This document shows positions 1 through 54,439 of a stretch of DNA of 64,000 bases, piece after piece. A program made the position numbers and the translations under genes. The DNA lies in contig OX597820.1 in assembly GCA_951406725.2 (NCBI GenBank), positions 9,114,001 through 9,178,000 of the forward strand, in the 5' to 3' direction. The DNA is from Octopus vulgaris (taxonomy: Eukaryota). The notes under the pieces were generated by a model. It made no database searches. It had not been told where the DNA came from and was given only the letters and a program-made list of their open reading frames with translations. Each line of letters starts with the position of its first letter. Position 1 is the first letter of the stretch.

Positions 1-45
<45 letters not shown>

Positions 46-1374
46 CAGGTGAACTCTTATTGAGCAGGTGGTCGTGTGGCTGGAATGGTACTACCGGGTT
101 ACGTCCCTTTATATTCGGAGTTCGAAATCCGACCGAGGTGTATATTGCCTTTTCTTTATAAATTAAATAACACTCATTAATAAATTGCACCTCCCCTACA
201 ATATTTTGGCGAAGTTAAAATTAATCCCCTCCCCTCTGGTTTAATAGTCCTACACTGCAGTTGCTGTTGTTGCCCAGCAGCAGGTCAGCTCTGAGGTGAC
301 CGGTTGTTGACCGGACGTTCACCAACTTGGAGTTGGATACCTTTGGAGCAAATTGCAAGATTTTTGCCCTTCTTTACAATAAACCGTTTTGTTCCCTTTT
401 AACTATTATTACCACGAAAAATGTTGGTTCTAAAACATTCTGTCTTAATTTGGTGCTTAATCTTGGCCAGTTGTGGTCAACCTGCGGCCCAAGGGACTTT
501 AAACATGACCATGAATTTTTTTAATAGTGTGGTCCATGCCTCATGTGGTCCACTTCTCAAAAAAGGTTGTCAATACCTGATCTAGATTCCTCACACTACT
601 TAGAAATCTAATTTGGTAAAGTAGTTTTTGGAGGTATTTTGTTTTAAAAAAAAATTGTTCTTGTTTTAAGTTAGCCATTTGTATAGATCCAGAGACAAAC
701 CAGGGCAAGATATTCAGTGCCAATGTAGGTCGCAGGCTGAGGAATGTGGGAGCACCATGATTTCAAGCGCAAGTAAAAGATCCCCAAAATGTTCGGTTGT
801 TTTCCCTACATAGCTTTCTTTGTATCAGAGCAACCCTAACCCATGTTGGCATGGGTTGGATGGTTTAACAGAAGCCAGCAGTGAAGGTGGGGGCTTTTCC
901 CATTAGGATACTGTTAAATGGAGCCATAGTTGCTTAGAAGAGGAGGAAAAAAAAGATGATTCTTCCAAGTTGGTGGAACCAGAAGGATGATAGGCTTTTG
1001 TTTCTGACATGCTCTCTGTTTGTGTTCAACCCACATTGCAGCTCTTCAGACGTTGCATGATATTCCCATTGGTCCTAGTTTCAATTCTCTGGTCCATGTT
1101 TCAAATCCCATTGGTCCAGATTTCACTTCTGAAAATTATGGTAAGCCTTTTGGTAGCAGTGACGCTCATATACATGCATACATGTTGCATAGCAAAAATT
1201 TCACAAGTGGAGTCGGTTTTGCAAAAATTTCGAATTTTAAGAGGGTTCGGTGCAAGTAGTTTATGGCAGAATGATATCACTGAGCATTGTCACCTTGTTT
1301 CAGAGCAGGTAATGAGAAAGCGAGTCTATCTTTTGCTTCACAAGCGAGTGAGGGATTTCTCTAAGATTTCTTAA

Positions 1375-1590
1375 CCCTTTCATTACCAACCCAGCTGATA
1401 CTGGCTCTGAGTACAAATCTCTTGTTTTCAAAAGTTCTGAATTAAAATCTTCCACCAAACCTTAGTCACAATTTATGTTCCTATCACTAGCTGAATGATA
1501 ACTTAAGTTATTTTACTAAATTCTTTGTTACATTTAAAATTAATTGAAAAAAACGCAGAACATCTCAAAATAACTACAGTAACAAAAGGG
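1375..1590. mobile_element. piggyBac-type MITE, family P1
   Basis: TTAA|CCCTTT ... AAAGGG|TTA; same family at 19294-19516, 36124-37660 and 37692-37903. Confidence 0.75.
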
Positions 1591-1849
1591 TTACGGTGAA
1601 GCCTTCACCCATGAAGAACATTCAGCCTGGCTTTTAGGACTGAGGTCAGAGGACACCATCAGGTGTAGATAGTGCATGAAACATGCTCATTGTCTCATAC
1701 CTCAGTAATTGGGTCAGTGTAACAGAAGAGTGACTGTAACTTGTATTGACAATGGCATTGACTCCTAGCTTGCTGTGTCACGCTTGTAATACAAGATGGT
1801 TGGGTGGTAAGTACCGCGATGGTGTAACTGGAGAGGGGTTAGTATGGTC

Positions 1850-2506
1850 TTGCAGTTTTGTATGACTTCTTAAAATCATAGAGCTAATCTGGCAGTGCAG
1901 AGTAGAAATCCCAGCTGTTATATTTGTTGTAAACAGGGGCCACTTGAAAGCTTCCTGCTTTGAGGAGTTGGAAAATAAAGAGAAGGGCAAAGTACCCAAC
2001 AGTAGGCTATAGACTGTTTTCCAGTGGCACTGGCAGAAATTCCAGGTTGGTGTTCTGCATACTAGAAGACCACTGGGTGTGAAGCACACTTTAGCTTTTG
2101 TTAAAGCATGTCTCTGGGAGGAGGTTGCTCTGATACAAAGAAAGGTATGTAGGGGATGCAACCGAACATTTTGGGGATCTTTTACTTGCGCTTGAGATCA
2201 TGGTGCTCCCACATTACTCAGTCTACGGCCTACACTGGTACTGAATATCTTGCCCTGGTTTGTCTCTGGATCATCTCAGTAGGGTGGAGAGGGTCTGTGA
2301 GGTGCTGTGCAAGTGTTGTTGGATCTAAACGTTTAGGTTGTGCAATTGCCAGTGAGGTGACTATCAGATGCCCAGTCGAGCAGGAGGGTGCTGTGGTGAG
2401 CATGGAATCTGCAGACGCGAACCTGGGTGAAGCCAACTGCTGGTGCACTAGCCTCATGCATGGGTGATGGTCTTCCTCAATCATGAGTGGACAGCTATCA
2501 TCATCA
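1850..2506 (+). mobile_element. Decayed RTE-clade LINE 3' fragment
   Basis: Remnant peptides LLKIIELIWQCRV, WEEVAL, GWRGSVR resemble the RTE ORF C-terminus; ends in ...gagtggacagctatcatcatc tail, similar to the antisense copy at 16669. Confidence 0.45.
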
Positions 2507-3491
2507 CGTGGGTGCACTTGTATGTCATGTTCTGTTGAGATTTGTAAACTCTACATCACTGACTGCTAACTGCATGTCTTGAATTTTAAGAACCACTGAA
2601 ATATTTTTAAATATATGTGTAGATATCTTTACATAAGTTGATACATATTTCATTAAATACACGACTGTGTTCAAGTTTTATCTTTTTTTTTATATCTTAT
2701 ATTTTCTTATCTTGGTTTGGAATGGTTTCTAAATCCATATCTGATGTTTCTCCATCTTCACAGTCTCATTATCAAGAATTTGGTGTTTGTATTGTTTTTT
2801 TTTTATATACTGATTGAATTTGTGTAGACTTTCTCGCTTAAAGGTTTATTGAGCCTTAGCAGTCACATGTTGATATGTTTTGTCACGGTCAGATTTTGAG
2901 CATGAAGTAATTTTTAAAAATTCTTTAAAATTTTTATTTATAAATAATTTTTTTAATGTTAAATTTTTGATGTCCTTGTGTGTTAATGTTGGCATTGTAT
3001 TGCAAATAACAAGTGAAATAAACATCGGTGATGCTTTGCCCATACTGTAGCTGCAGGAGCTACTCAGAGCTTTGCAAGCCCTTCTAAATGCATAGCAATG
3101 CTGGAAGCTTTTCTGTGCTGTTGGCATTTTAACGTCCACTTTTCCATGTTTGCATGGGTCAGAGGGAATTTGTTAAAACAGATTTTCTTTAACGAGATGA
3201 TGTCCTTCCTGTCACAAACCCTCACCTATTTTCAAGCAAAGGTAATATTTCCTCATGGCCAGACTGGAAACAAATGACATTGCTTGTATGATTGTGATGC
3301 TCATTCACAACCATCACACGACATCAAGACTAACACACATACACACAGAGGCTTCGTTCAGTTTCCATCTAGCAAATCCTCTTGCAAGGCTTTGGTCAGC
3401 CTGGGTCTATTGTTGAAGACACCCAAAGTACTGTGCAGTAGGATTGAACTTGAGATCCACACAACCACAACTGCACCTGTGTATGTTTATA

Positions 3492-3735
3492 CATCATCAT
3501 CATTTAGCGTCCGCTTTCCATGCTAGCATGGGTTGGACGGTTCAACTGGGGTCTGGGAAGCCAGAAGGCTCCACCAGGCCCAGTCTGATCTGGCAGTATT
3601 TCTACGGCTGGATGCACTTCCTAACGCCAACCACTCCGTGAGCGTAGTGGGTGCTTTTTATGTGCCACCGGCACAGGTGCCAGACAGGGCTGGCAAATGG
3701 CCACGGACGGATGGTGCTTTTTATGTGCCACCGGC
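3492..3735 (-). mobile_element. Family B repeat (RTE-like 3' tail, (GAT)n end)
   Basis: GGATGC(C/A)CTTCCTAACGCCAACC core with (CAT)n end; about 20 copies in window, e.g. 4716-5012, 11525-11735, 15275-15600, 18285-18570, 29611-29936, 33558-33970, 34965-35232, 38557-38725, 52330-52645, 53555-53731. Confidence 0.8.
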
Positions 3736-4142
3736 TGTGTTATACATATATTTTCTATGTTCTGATTCACAGACTATATATATACATTTTGACATTTGGC
3801 ATTATCTATAAGGTAATTAATAAATTATCCACTTGAATCTGATTCTCTGTATTGATTGATAACTTTAGTAAGATTAAGCACACAGTAGCAATACAGTAGT
3901 CAATAGATAAGGTAGCAGTAATTAGAAATAAAACATTTAATCATTATATACTATTGCTCATTGTGAGCATGTCACATAGAATATTATACACACATATGTA
4001 TACATGATGGATAAAAATTGTTTTAATATACTTGAAAGTTTAATATCACTTCAAGAGTTGTTAAAAACAATGATGACTGTAAAAATATTAGCAAATACAG
4101 ACATGCATGTGTAATCATTAATGTTTTAATATGCCTTTTCAT

Positions 4143-4356
4143 TACTCTTTACTCTTTTCAGTCATTTTTGACTGTGGCCATGCTGGAGCACCGCCTTTAA
4201 TCGAGCAACTCGACCCCGGGACTTATTCTTTTGTAAGCCCAGTACATATTCTGTCGGTCTCTTTTGCCGAACCGCTAAGTAACGGGGACGTAAACACACC
4301 AGCATCGGTTGTCAAGCAATGCTAGGGGGACAAACACAGACACACAAACACACACA

Positions 4357-4396
<40 letters not shown>

Positions 4397-4528
4397 TACG
4401 ACGGGCTTCTTTCAGTTTCCGTCTACCAAATCCACTCACAAGGCTTTGGTCGGCCCGAGGCTATAGTAGAAGACACTTGCCCAAGGTGCCACGCAGTGGG
4501 ACTGAACCCGGAACCATGTGGTTGGTAA
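4143..4528 (-). mobile_element. Family A tRNA-derived SINE with internal (TA)n
   Basis: Head GGTTCCGGGTTCAGTCCC, CORE-like CCTTGGGCAAGT, internal (TA)n/(CA)n, tail AAAAGAGT repeats; many copies in window. Confidence 0.85.
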
Positions 4529-5033
4529 TCATTAGGTTATTATTTTGAAACATGTTTTTCCATGTTTCAGCATGTGTGTTTATTCTAAGATCAGAGTAAA
4601 GGATTTGGTAAAAATCAATATTGTGTATTCAGAGCACGCAGTGGGTATTAAAGTCACCAAATGAACCCTGTCAAATTAAGGAGGAGACAAGGATTTAAAT
4701 GAATGGTTGTTAGCAACGATTCGAGCGAGGTCGTTGCCAGTGCCACTGGACTGGCTCCTGTGCAGGTGGCACGTAAAAAACACCATTTGAGCGTGGCTGT
4801 TGCTAGTACTGCCTGACTGGTCCTCGTGCCGGGGGGCACGTAAAAGGCATCCACTACACTCTCGGAGTGGTTGGCATTAGGAAGGGCATCTGGCTGTAGA
4901 AACTCTGCCAGATCAAGATTGGAGCCTGGTGCAGCCATCTGATTCGCCAGTCCTCTGTCAAATCGTCCAACCCATGCTAGCATGGAAAGCGGACGTTAAA
5001 CGATGATGATAATGATTCATGGAATAAACTTAA

Positions 5034-5254
5034 CCCTTTGGTGTTTAAGCCTGCCATATCCGGCCCAAATATCCTACATGTTTTACATTCAAACTGGCCA
5101 TATCTAGCCCCTCACACCTAACCTACATTGACATTCTAAGAATAAACTATCACACCATTGAAACTTCAAAGCTGTAAGATAATGTATGATTAATTTTAAA
5201 TGATTTGAGTGAAAAAAGTATTACATTTAACAGATTAATCTGAACACTAAAGGG
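5034..5254. mobile_element. piggyBac-type MITE, family P2
   Basis: TTAA|CCCTTT ... AAAGGG|TTAA; copies also at 18128-18604, 32287-32787, 32937-33145, 45304-45854 and 51899-52110, three of them interrupted by family B. Confidence 0.8.
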
Positions 5255-6518
5255 TTAATACACTTCTAAAGATTTCTTGCTAGAAGTGATTACATTGTCA
5301 TCAATCATTTAATGTCCATGTTCTGTGCTGACAGGGGTTGAACTGTTTGACAGGATCTGGGGCTAATGCAGTTTTGCAACTCTCCTTGAAAAATACATTT
5401 AAAAAAAAAATTTTGTTCGGCTTCCTACATTTTAGATATCGGAGATTATAAATATGCAAAAAAAAAAGATTAAACAAAAAATTCACCCCTACCGCTTCCC
5501 TCCCACCCCCATCTAAATTTTTGATTTTGTTTACTTATAAAGAGATCGTAGCAAATTGATGAACGTATGCAAATCGAAATTAAATCCAGACAAAAACATT
5601 AATGTGAAAAGAATTTACATTTTACTTGTGTTTTTCCTTAAATAATCGTAAATAATAATTGAATGTAAATTAAATATACACCATTTTATGAGAAACAAAC
5701 ATCAATTTTGTTTTTTTGATTTTGCATAATCGTAATCTCTGACATCTAAAACACAGGAATCCGAAAAAATGCATTTTTCAAAGAGAGGTGCAAAACTGTA
5801 TTAGCCCCCAGGATCCAATGGACCGAAGGGCTACTTTAGCATGGTTTCTATGGCAGGATGCCCTTCCTAACATTAACCACTTCACAGAGTGTACCAGCAC
5901 TAGTGAGGTCACCTTGCAGCTTGTAAGACGTACTCTGAGGGGAGGTGGAAAATTTATGCTTGGAGAATGAGGAGTAGACAAGGGTAGTAGGAGCGAAAGA
6001 GGGCCAGAGCAGAACAGTACATGACCACCCACATTTTCGAAGAGAGGGCGGCACTGAAAAGCAATAAAAAAAATGGGAAAAAACAGTTACAGGTTCAGTC
6101 CCACTGTGTGCTACCTTGCATAAATGTCTTCTGTAGCTCCAAGCCAATCAAAGCCTTCTATGAATTTTATGGTAAACAGAAACTCTGGGGAAGTTCATTG
6201 TGTAGGCATGTATGTGTGTATGTGTGTGTGTATCAAAAGAGTTTGATTCAAATTCGTTGGTACTCCGAGTTTCAAGCTGTTTTGATCCATACATGTGACT
6301 CCCAATAAATATGTCGAGTGCCCTTCTTTTGTTTGTCCACTCATTTGTTAAACTAATACACCTGCTTGTTGTTCCTTGTCTTTTCTTTGTAAATTTGAAC
6401 TATATATATATAATAATATGAGGGAATATTATTCCAAACTTACAGGGAAAAATTCAATTTAGAAATACTAAATCAAATTTCACAAAATATAATATATATA
6501 TATATAAATTAGAATAAA

Positions 6519-6795
6519 AACCACCTTTTATCAATTCAATAATGAAAAATTAAATTATACCATTTAGAAAAATCACATATTATAAAAAGATTAAATATAA
6601 GATAAAACATATAACAATGATTAAATAATGTGCAAAATAATAAATAAAATGTATATATTTGGTAATGTTTTATTTATTATTTTGCACATTACTTAATCAT
6701 CGTTATGTTTTATCTTATATTTAATCTTTCTATAATATGTAATTTTCTAGATGGTATAATTTAATTTTTCATTATTGAATTGATAAAAGGTGGTT
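6519..6795. repeat. AT-rich fold-back inverted repeat (arms about 130 bp)
   Basis: Arms 6519-6649 and 6668-6795 are reverse complements with a few transitions and short indels. Confidence 0.9.
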
Positions 6796-7284
6796 ATATA
6801 CATGTGTGTGTCTCCTTATCTTGTCATTGCACAGTTGTAAGTGATTGTCAGTCTTATAAGCAGTGTCATTCATTTGCAATATTCTGCAAAAACATGTCTG
6901 GCCATAAGGATACATTATTTTGTTAGAGGAAGGGCATTTGGCCATAGAAAATCTCTGTCAAATAAAGTCTGACTCATGCAAGCATGAGAAATTCAACATT
7001 GAAATGATGATGAACTGTGTGGTTATCTGCATTTTCAATGATTTTTAAATGTGATTTCTTTCAAAGCTGGTATGTAGATAGGGAAACCTCCAGGCCACTT
7101 GGATTGCTTGCTAAAGCAGGACCTTATATACATAAACTGTAAGCTTTGAGCTCTTGGCAACATGTTTGCTTATTATGCAGCTTAAGCTCAGGGTGTGTAT
7201 TTTATGTGTAGTTTAGAAACACCCACAAAGAAATATTTACTGATAAGCAAATTTTAAAATTCTGAATCTTTCTTCTTCTTGCAG

Positions 7285-48448
<41,164 letters not shown>

Positions 48449-49105
48449 GTGTTTGGCCTTAAGGAAAAGGAGCATTTCTCTCTTTCTCTTTCTTCCAACT
48501 CCCCTTTCCTCATCCAAAACCCGCATCATCCTCATCATCATCATCCTCATCACCATCATCATCATCAACCACTATTTTACTCAGTCTTATCACAAGACTA
48601 AATAGTGTAACTAACTCCATCCCCAATCAGACCCCCTCCCCCACTCCCTTGCTTAATTTTTGTTTGTTTCTTTCTTTGGATTGAAGTAGTCTTCTTTTTC
48701 ATCTTGTTTCTTTCTTTCACCTTAAAACTCTTCCTTTTCGGCCCTCATTTGCTCTCCTCTTAAGTATTGGTAGGTAGGGATATGAAGTAGGAGGTCTAAA
48801 CTAGCAGTAGGTCTTTGTGTTCCTTCTCTCACTCCCTCTCCCCCCCGTCTCTCGTCTCTGCTAAGCTCCCTCACCATTCTTTATACTTCATTGAACAATC
48901 TGTCTTCAAACACACACACACACAAGTTTTATTGACAAGCCTACATCCATATACATGCAGATGTGTATGTGTGTGTGTATACCTCAGTAATAAAGCTGCA
49001 AAAGCATCACAAAAACTGTTAGTCAGAGTTTCATGTTTCTGTTTGTTGGACAGTTTTGGTTGAGAACGGAACAAAATATGGTTATATGCATAAATATATA
49101 TAATA

Positions 49106-49268
49106 TATAATAGAAATAAGAAAGTGGAGAAACAAATTCAGTTTGTTCATCAACTTACGGATATTAGTAACATTCTAATATCCGTAAGTTGATGAACAAA
49201 CTGAATTTGTTTCTCCACTTTCTTATTTGTATTATAAATTTACGGTAAAAATATTTTTACCGTAAATT
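49106..49268. repeat. 62-bp-stem hairpin plus adjacent 32-bp perfect palindrome
   Basis: 49114-49167 is the exact reverse complement of 49175-49228 (7-nt loop); aatttacggtaaaaat|atttttaccgtaaatt at 49237-49268. Confidence 0.95.
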
Positions 49269-49609
49269 ATTACCGGTAAAAATATTTTTTACCTTCACCC
49301 ATTTAATACAATAAATGAATTAATTGCATTGCAATTAAAAACATTTGTGTATTAAGAATTTGGGTACTTTACCAACAGTATATTGGATAATTGATATCCC
49401 ATAGTGGGTTACACCCATAACCCCTACCTTACTTTGTGCTATATATATATATTTACGAATGTGAAACTCTGAGTAACAGTTTTTGTGATGTCTTTGCAGC
49501 TTTAGCAATAAAGCATGTTACTCTACCTCCGGTATTCGAGTACTACTTTTTCCCCACCTTGTTTCACATTTATGTGCTCACACTGGTTTATATATATATA
49601 CATATATGC

Positions 49610-49658
<49 letters not shown>

Positions 49659-50680
49659 CACACATATATATATACATATGTGTGTGTGTAAAATAACTTA
49701 TAGGACTAGTAAGACAACTAGTTTGATAAGGACCATTTATTTAATAAATATATCAGTCATTATCATTGGCCACATCACCTTGCCATTTATGCACGTGTGT
49801 GTGTGTGTGTGTGTGTGTACACGCACAGACATCCATACACCTGGTAATAGTTATGTAACGTTAATGCTTAGCCTATAAGTGTGTGTTTGCACATTTAACC
49901 ACAGTCCACCTTAACTGTTAGATTACCTCCCTTGTTTCAAGTCAGTAAATTGTAAAGAAGAGAGAAAATAAACTCAGACGAATCTAAAATACTACACACC
50001 AGTTAGATAATGCATCCAGCTTCACTTTGTGTAGTCCGTCAGTAAAAAAGCATTTAATACTTTCTCTTGTCAAATGAACTAGTTTTGTCCTCCTACTTCA
50101 TCCTATGACACTCTCTCTCTCTTTTGCTCTATTGATTAAACATATTGTAAATCAGAGTTTGTCATTCAAAGCTAACATTTTTTTTTCCGGGTGTTTATCA
50201 CCCACTTTGCTCCGTCAATCTTTTCTTACCTCATCCCCACTCCCCTTAATCACTCTCACACACACACACACACACACATGAACGGACACACAGACACACA
50301 CAAACACAAACTTTGACTTCCTTTCTGCCAAATGAGAAACTAAGTTGCTATTGTCAATTTGTATTTGGAAACAGCAGAGGTTATTCAAGCCCACCTCCTT
50401 CCATGTTTATAAAATGATCTTTGTTTGAGTAGGATTCTGTTGTTTTAAAGTATATCTTTAACTTTTCATTTTTTTAAAAGAATTTTTTTTTCTTCCAGTG
50501 CCCCCCCTGCCCCCTTCCTCCCCTTTAAATATTAAAATAGTACTTCTCACTTCTGCTACTCCACCTACTACCATCCAGAAGTGTGTATCTTGTTGTCATG
50601 CTACAATTTGAACTGTAAGAAACAAACAACTAAAGATAAAAGGAAATATTGAAAATAACAACAACAACAACAACAACAAT

Positions 50681-50686
50681 AATAAA
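50681..50686 (+). promoter_or_regulatory. Candidate DDB1 polyadenylation signal AATAAA
   Basis: AATAAA followed by U/GU-rich tract (ttttattgc...tttgttgttgtgtttttgtg); other AATAAA at 48989 and 49310 are alternatives. Confidence 0.45.
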
Positions 50687-51204
50687 TTAACTTTGTTTTC
50701 ATTTTATTGCTTTCAATTTATTTGTTGTTGTTTTTGTGATTATTTAAAACAAAAAAAAAAAATTTGTCATTTTTTTAGTTTTTCTCTTTTCTCCACAGCA
50801 ACAAGATTGGACAAAGTAGTTTGTGGCATTTGGCTACGTCTCTGAGTCTTGAGTTCAAATCCTGAATCTTGTGTCTAACGCATGTAAAATGTAGAGATAA
50901 CTGAGAGGTCTTACATGTCTCAGTTATCTTTGCCAAAGGATGTCTTGTCTTTCTTTTTGGTTTTCATAGGGCTTTGTCAAACAAGGCAATAATTGTTTAG
51001 TGTGTGTTGTAATCTTTATTTCCTGGTCTCTGAATGTAATACAGTTCTCAGCAGAGTTGAGTGGGGATGAGGTGTAAAGAGCATGTCCATTCAACTCTTG
51101 TCATTTATGACGAATTTTGACCCTTTAGTTTATGGGGTTTAAAATATAATTTATTTATATGCAATTGTTATGCTTTTACAGAGAAACCATTTATTTGTAT
51201 GTAT

Positions 51205-51295
51205 TAATGTCTAAAACATGCAACTTATGTACAGCTGAAAAAAGGTTAATCCCGAATAACATCAATTCTGGTAATTATCTAAATGCAAGATTGGG
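51205..51295 (+). mobile_element. Penelope-like element endonuclease C-terminal remnant
   Basis: SKTCNLCTAEKRLI...YLNAR fits the CxLCxxEKxxI...LNxR motif at the end of PLE GIY-YIG ORFs. Confidence 0.55.
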
Positions 51296-54200
51296 ATTTA
51301 TCTTTTTTAGGACCTTAAGCACTTTTCCTCCTAACTTAAGGATTATCTCAGAACCTTTTCAAGCTTTTAAAATCATTCTTCTTTTTCTGTTGGGTAGTAA
51401 ACTACCCAACTCTGCCACGACGAGTTTATTAAAATAAATGTGACCATTGTAAACATCTGTTTCCATCTAGCTATCTATTTGTTGTTGTGCCCAGGTCATG
51501 CTGGAAAGAGAGGGTAGCAAGCACAAGGATCAAGTCCACAGAGCTATTATATTATTGGCATACAGTGTGCAATGAGTCACTGATCAAGATTATTTTGATA
51601 GGAAATGTGGAGTGGAAGAGAGGAAGAAGCCATCAGAGTGTTTGTAGACTGACAATGTCACAGAATGGACTGGAAACAAGAATCTGGTTGATTGTATTGC
51701 ATGGCAGCTCAACACAGGGAATTGGAGGATCTGAGCCCTGGGTATAAACGAGGGCACCTGGCTGTTGATGATAATTTTTTTTTTTTAATGTTGACAAGAC
51801 ATCGTTAGCTCTTAGGGTTAAGTGTAGTTAATTAAAACAACCCAGTGTGTACTTGGCACTTGTTTTACTGAGCCTACAGAGATGAAGGGCCTAGTTGACC
51901 CCTTTGGCATTCAGATTACTCTGAGCAATGTAATGTTTATTTATTCTCTTTGATTTGGATTAATCCTGCATTATCTTATAGCTTTGAGATTTTGAGCAGG
52001 TCTTTATGTTTAGAATGACATTGTAGGGTTGGTGTGAGAAGCCAGATGTGGCCAGTTTGAGTGTGAAATAGAATATTTTGGTCGGATATGGCCGGTTTAA
52101 TGCAAGAGGGCTAAACTCGGGCCATAGAGAAATTTTATTAATATTAGTTTCGAATTTTGGCACAAGGCCAGCAATTTGATTACATCGATCCCAGTGCTCA
52201 GCTAGTATTTCTTTTATTGACCCCAAAGGGATGAAAGGCAAAGTCAACCCTGTTAGAATTTGAAATCAGAAATGCTGGTAAGCATTTTGCCCAGCCTGCC
52301 AACAATTCTACCTGCTCACTGGAAATTGTAGTTGTGGCACATAAAAAGCACCATCCGAACGTGGCTAATGCCAGCGCCACCTTGACTGGTTTCCGTGCCG
52401 GTGGCATGTAAAAAGCACCAACTGATTGTGGCCTTTGCCAGCCTCCCCTGGCACCTGTGCCAGTGGCACGTAAAAGACACCCACTACACTCACAGAGTGG
52501 TCGGCATTAGGAAGGGCATCCAGCTGTAGAAACACTGCCAGATCAGACTGGAGCCTGGTGCAGCCTCCTGGCTTCCTAGACCCTGGTCGAACCGTCCAGC
52601 CCATGCCAGCATGGAAAACAGATGTGAAATGATGAAGATGATGATGAAAGACATTTAGTAAAACTTATACAAAACAAAACCAAAAAGAAATGAAAAAGAA
52701 AAACTTTGAAGTTTACAAATAATTTTTCTTTATATTTTTATTTTATTTTCAATTGAAAGTTTATCTTTCATAAGACATAAACACAAAGACATGGACCGTA
52801 TTTATTACAGTGAGGAATTTGACATTTTTCAAAAGACTGTTGGAGGAATTGGTGAGAACAAGACCATCACGGGAAAGCATTTCAGAACCATGATATGAGG
52901 AATATTTAAATGTTTTCTTCTTGTTCTTATGTTTTTTTTTTTTTTTTTTTTTTTCACTTATAGTTGCTAAAACCTGACAAGGTTTTGAGACTATCACATT
53001 CCAAATATAATTGAAATTGTTCAGGACCAGCTGAAAGTGACGCTAAGTCAGCACTGGTAACCAATATGGTACCAGGGAAAAGAAAAATGCTGCTAAAATT
53101 TCATTTGCTTAACAGAAAATGCTTGTGCATGCATCACGTATGTATGTATGTATATTTACATATGTGTGTCAGTGTTGGAGAGAGTTAATATATATATATG
53201 TGTGTGTGTATGTATATATATATATATGTGTGTGTGTATATATATATATGTGTGTGTGTGTGTATGTATATATATGTATGTATATGTGTGTTTATTAATT
53301 GACAGAAGTGACTTGGGAGTTGCAAGTTGTTTTTGCATTGGACATCCAGCAGGACTAAAAGAAGACCTGTCGATGAGTTTCTTGTGGGCCAATGCCTTTC
53401 CAGTTGAGAAAGGCAATGGTAAACCACCCCAATATCTCTGCCAAGGGAAAAAAAAAACGCTAAGAGAAAGTCAGAACAAAGTAAAGCTATGGCTTTATCC
53501 AATGGGGAAAACTTGCAATTAATTGGAAGGACTTGTGTCAATGTACTGCAAAAGCATCATTGCCGTTTAACGTCCGCTTTCCATGCTGGCATGGGTTGGA
53601 CGGTTTGACTAAGAACTGGCATGCCAGATGGCTGCACCAGGCTCCAATCTGATTTGGCAGTGTTTCTACAGATGGATGCCCTTCCTAACACCAACCACTC
53701 CGAGAGTGTAGTTGGTGCTTTTTACGTGCCATACACACATTGGGATACATGCAAACATAATCTTTTAATAAGTTGTATATTCTAGGATTGTTTAAAAATT
53801 TGGAGTTGGGGTGGATGCAGATATAACAAGTGGGAACCTATTTTGGAGTTGATTTTCGTACAGCCATTATTATATCTTTGTCTACAATTTCTTTTATATC
53901 CGTAATAATTTTATTGATTCATGTCCCTATTTAACAATAACACTTCTCTACCTTCTCATTCTAATCCCATTATATAAATTTACATATGATAAATTCAGAC
54001 ATATATATATAAATATATTTGATTTTTAACAAAAAAAAAATTCATTGTGAGTTATAATGGACACTGGCACTCCCTCGGTTACGACAAAGAGGGTTCCATT
54101 TGATCCGATCAACGGAACAGCTTGCTCGTGAAATTAACATACTGAGGACTCTACAGACACATGTACCCTTAATGTAGTTCTCAGGGTGATTCAGTGAATC

Positions 54201-54439
54201 ACAGTGTGTGACAAGGCTGGCCCCTTTGAAATACAGGTACTACCTCATTTTTGCCAGCTGAGTGGACTGGAGCATTGAGAAATAAAGTCTTGCTCAAGGA
54301 CACAATGTGTTACCGGAAGTCAAACCTATGAATGCAAGTCACATACCCTAACCACTAAGCCACCCACAGGCTGTTTCACATTTGCATAGGTGGGGGGGAT
54401 GAAGGATTTTTTTTTGAATTGTGTTTCTATCCACCGAAA

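Noticed and set aside
1009-1374. 121-aa ORF
   Set aside because: No recognisable domain or splice context; lies in presumed DDB1 intron 1
1-7284. DDB1 first coding exon (M.YNYVVTAQKPT-like) and promoter
   Set aside because: No matching codons found by eye; probably upstream of the window
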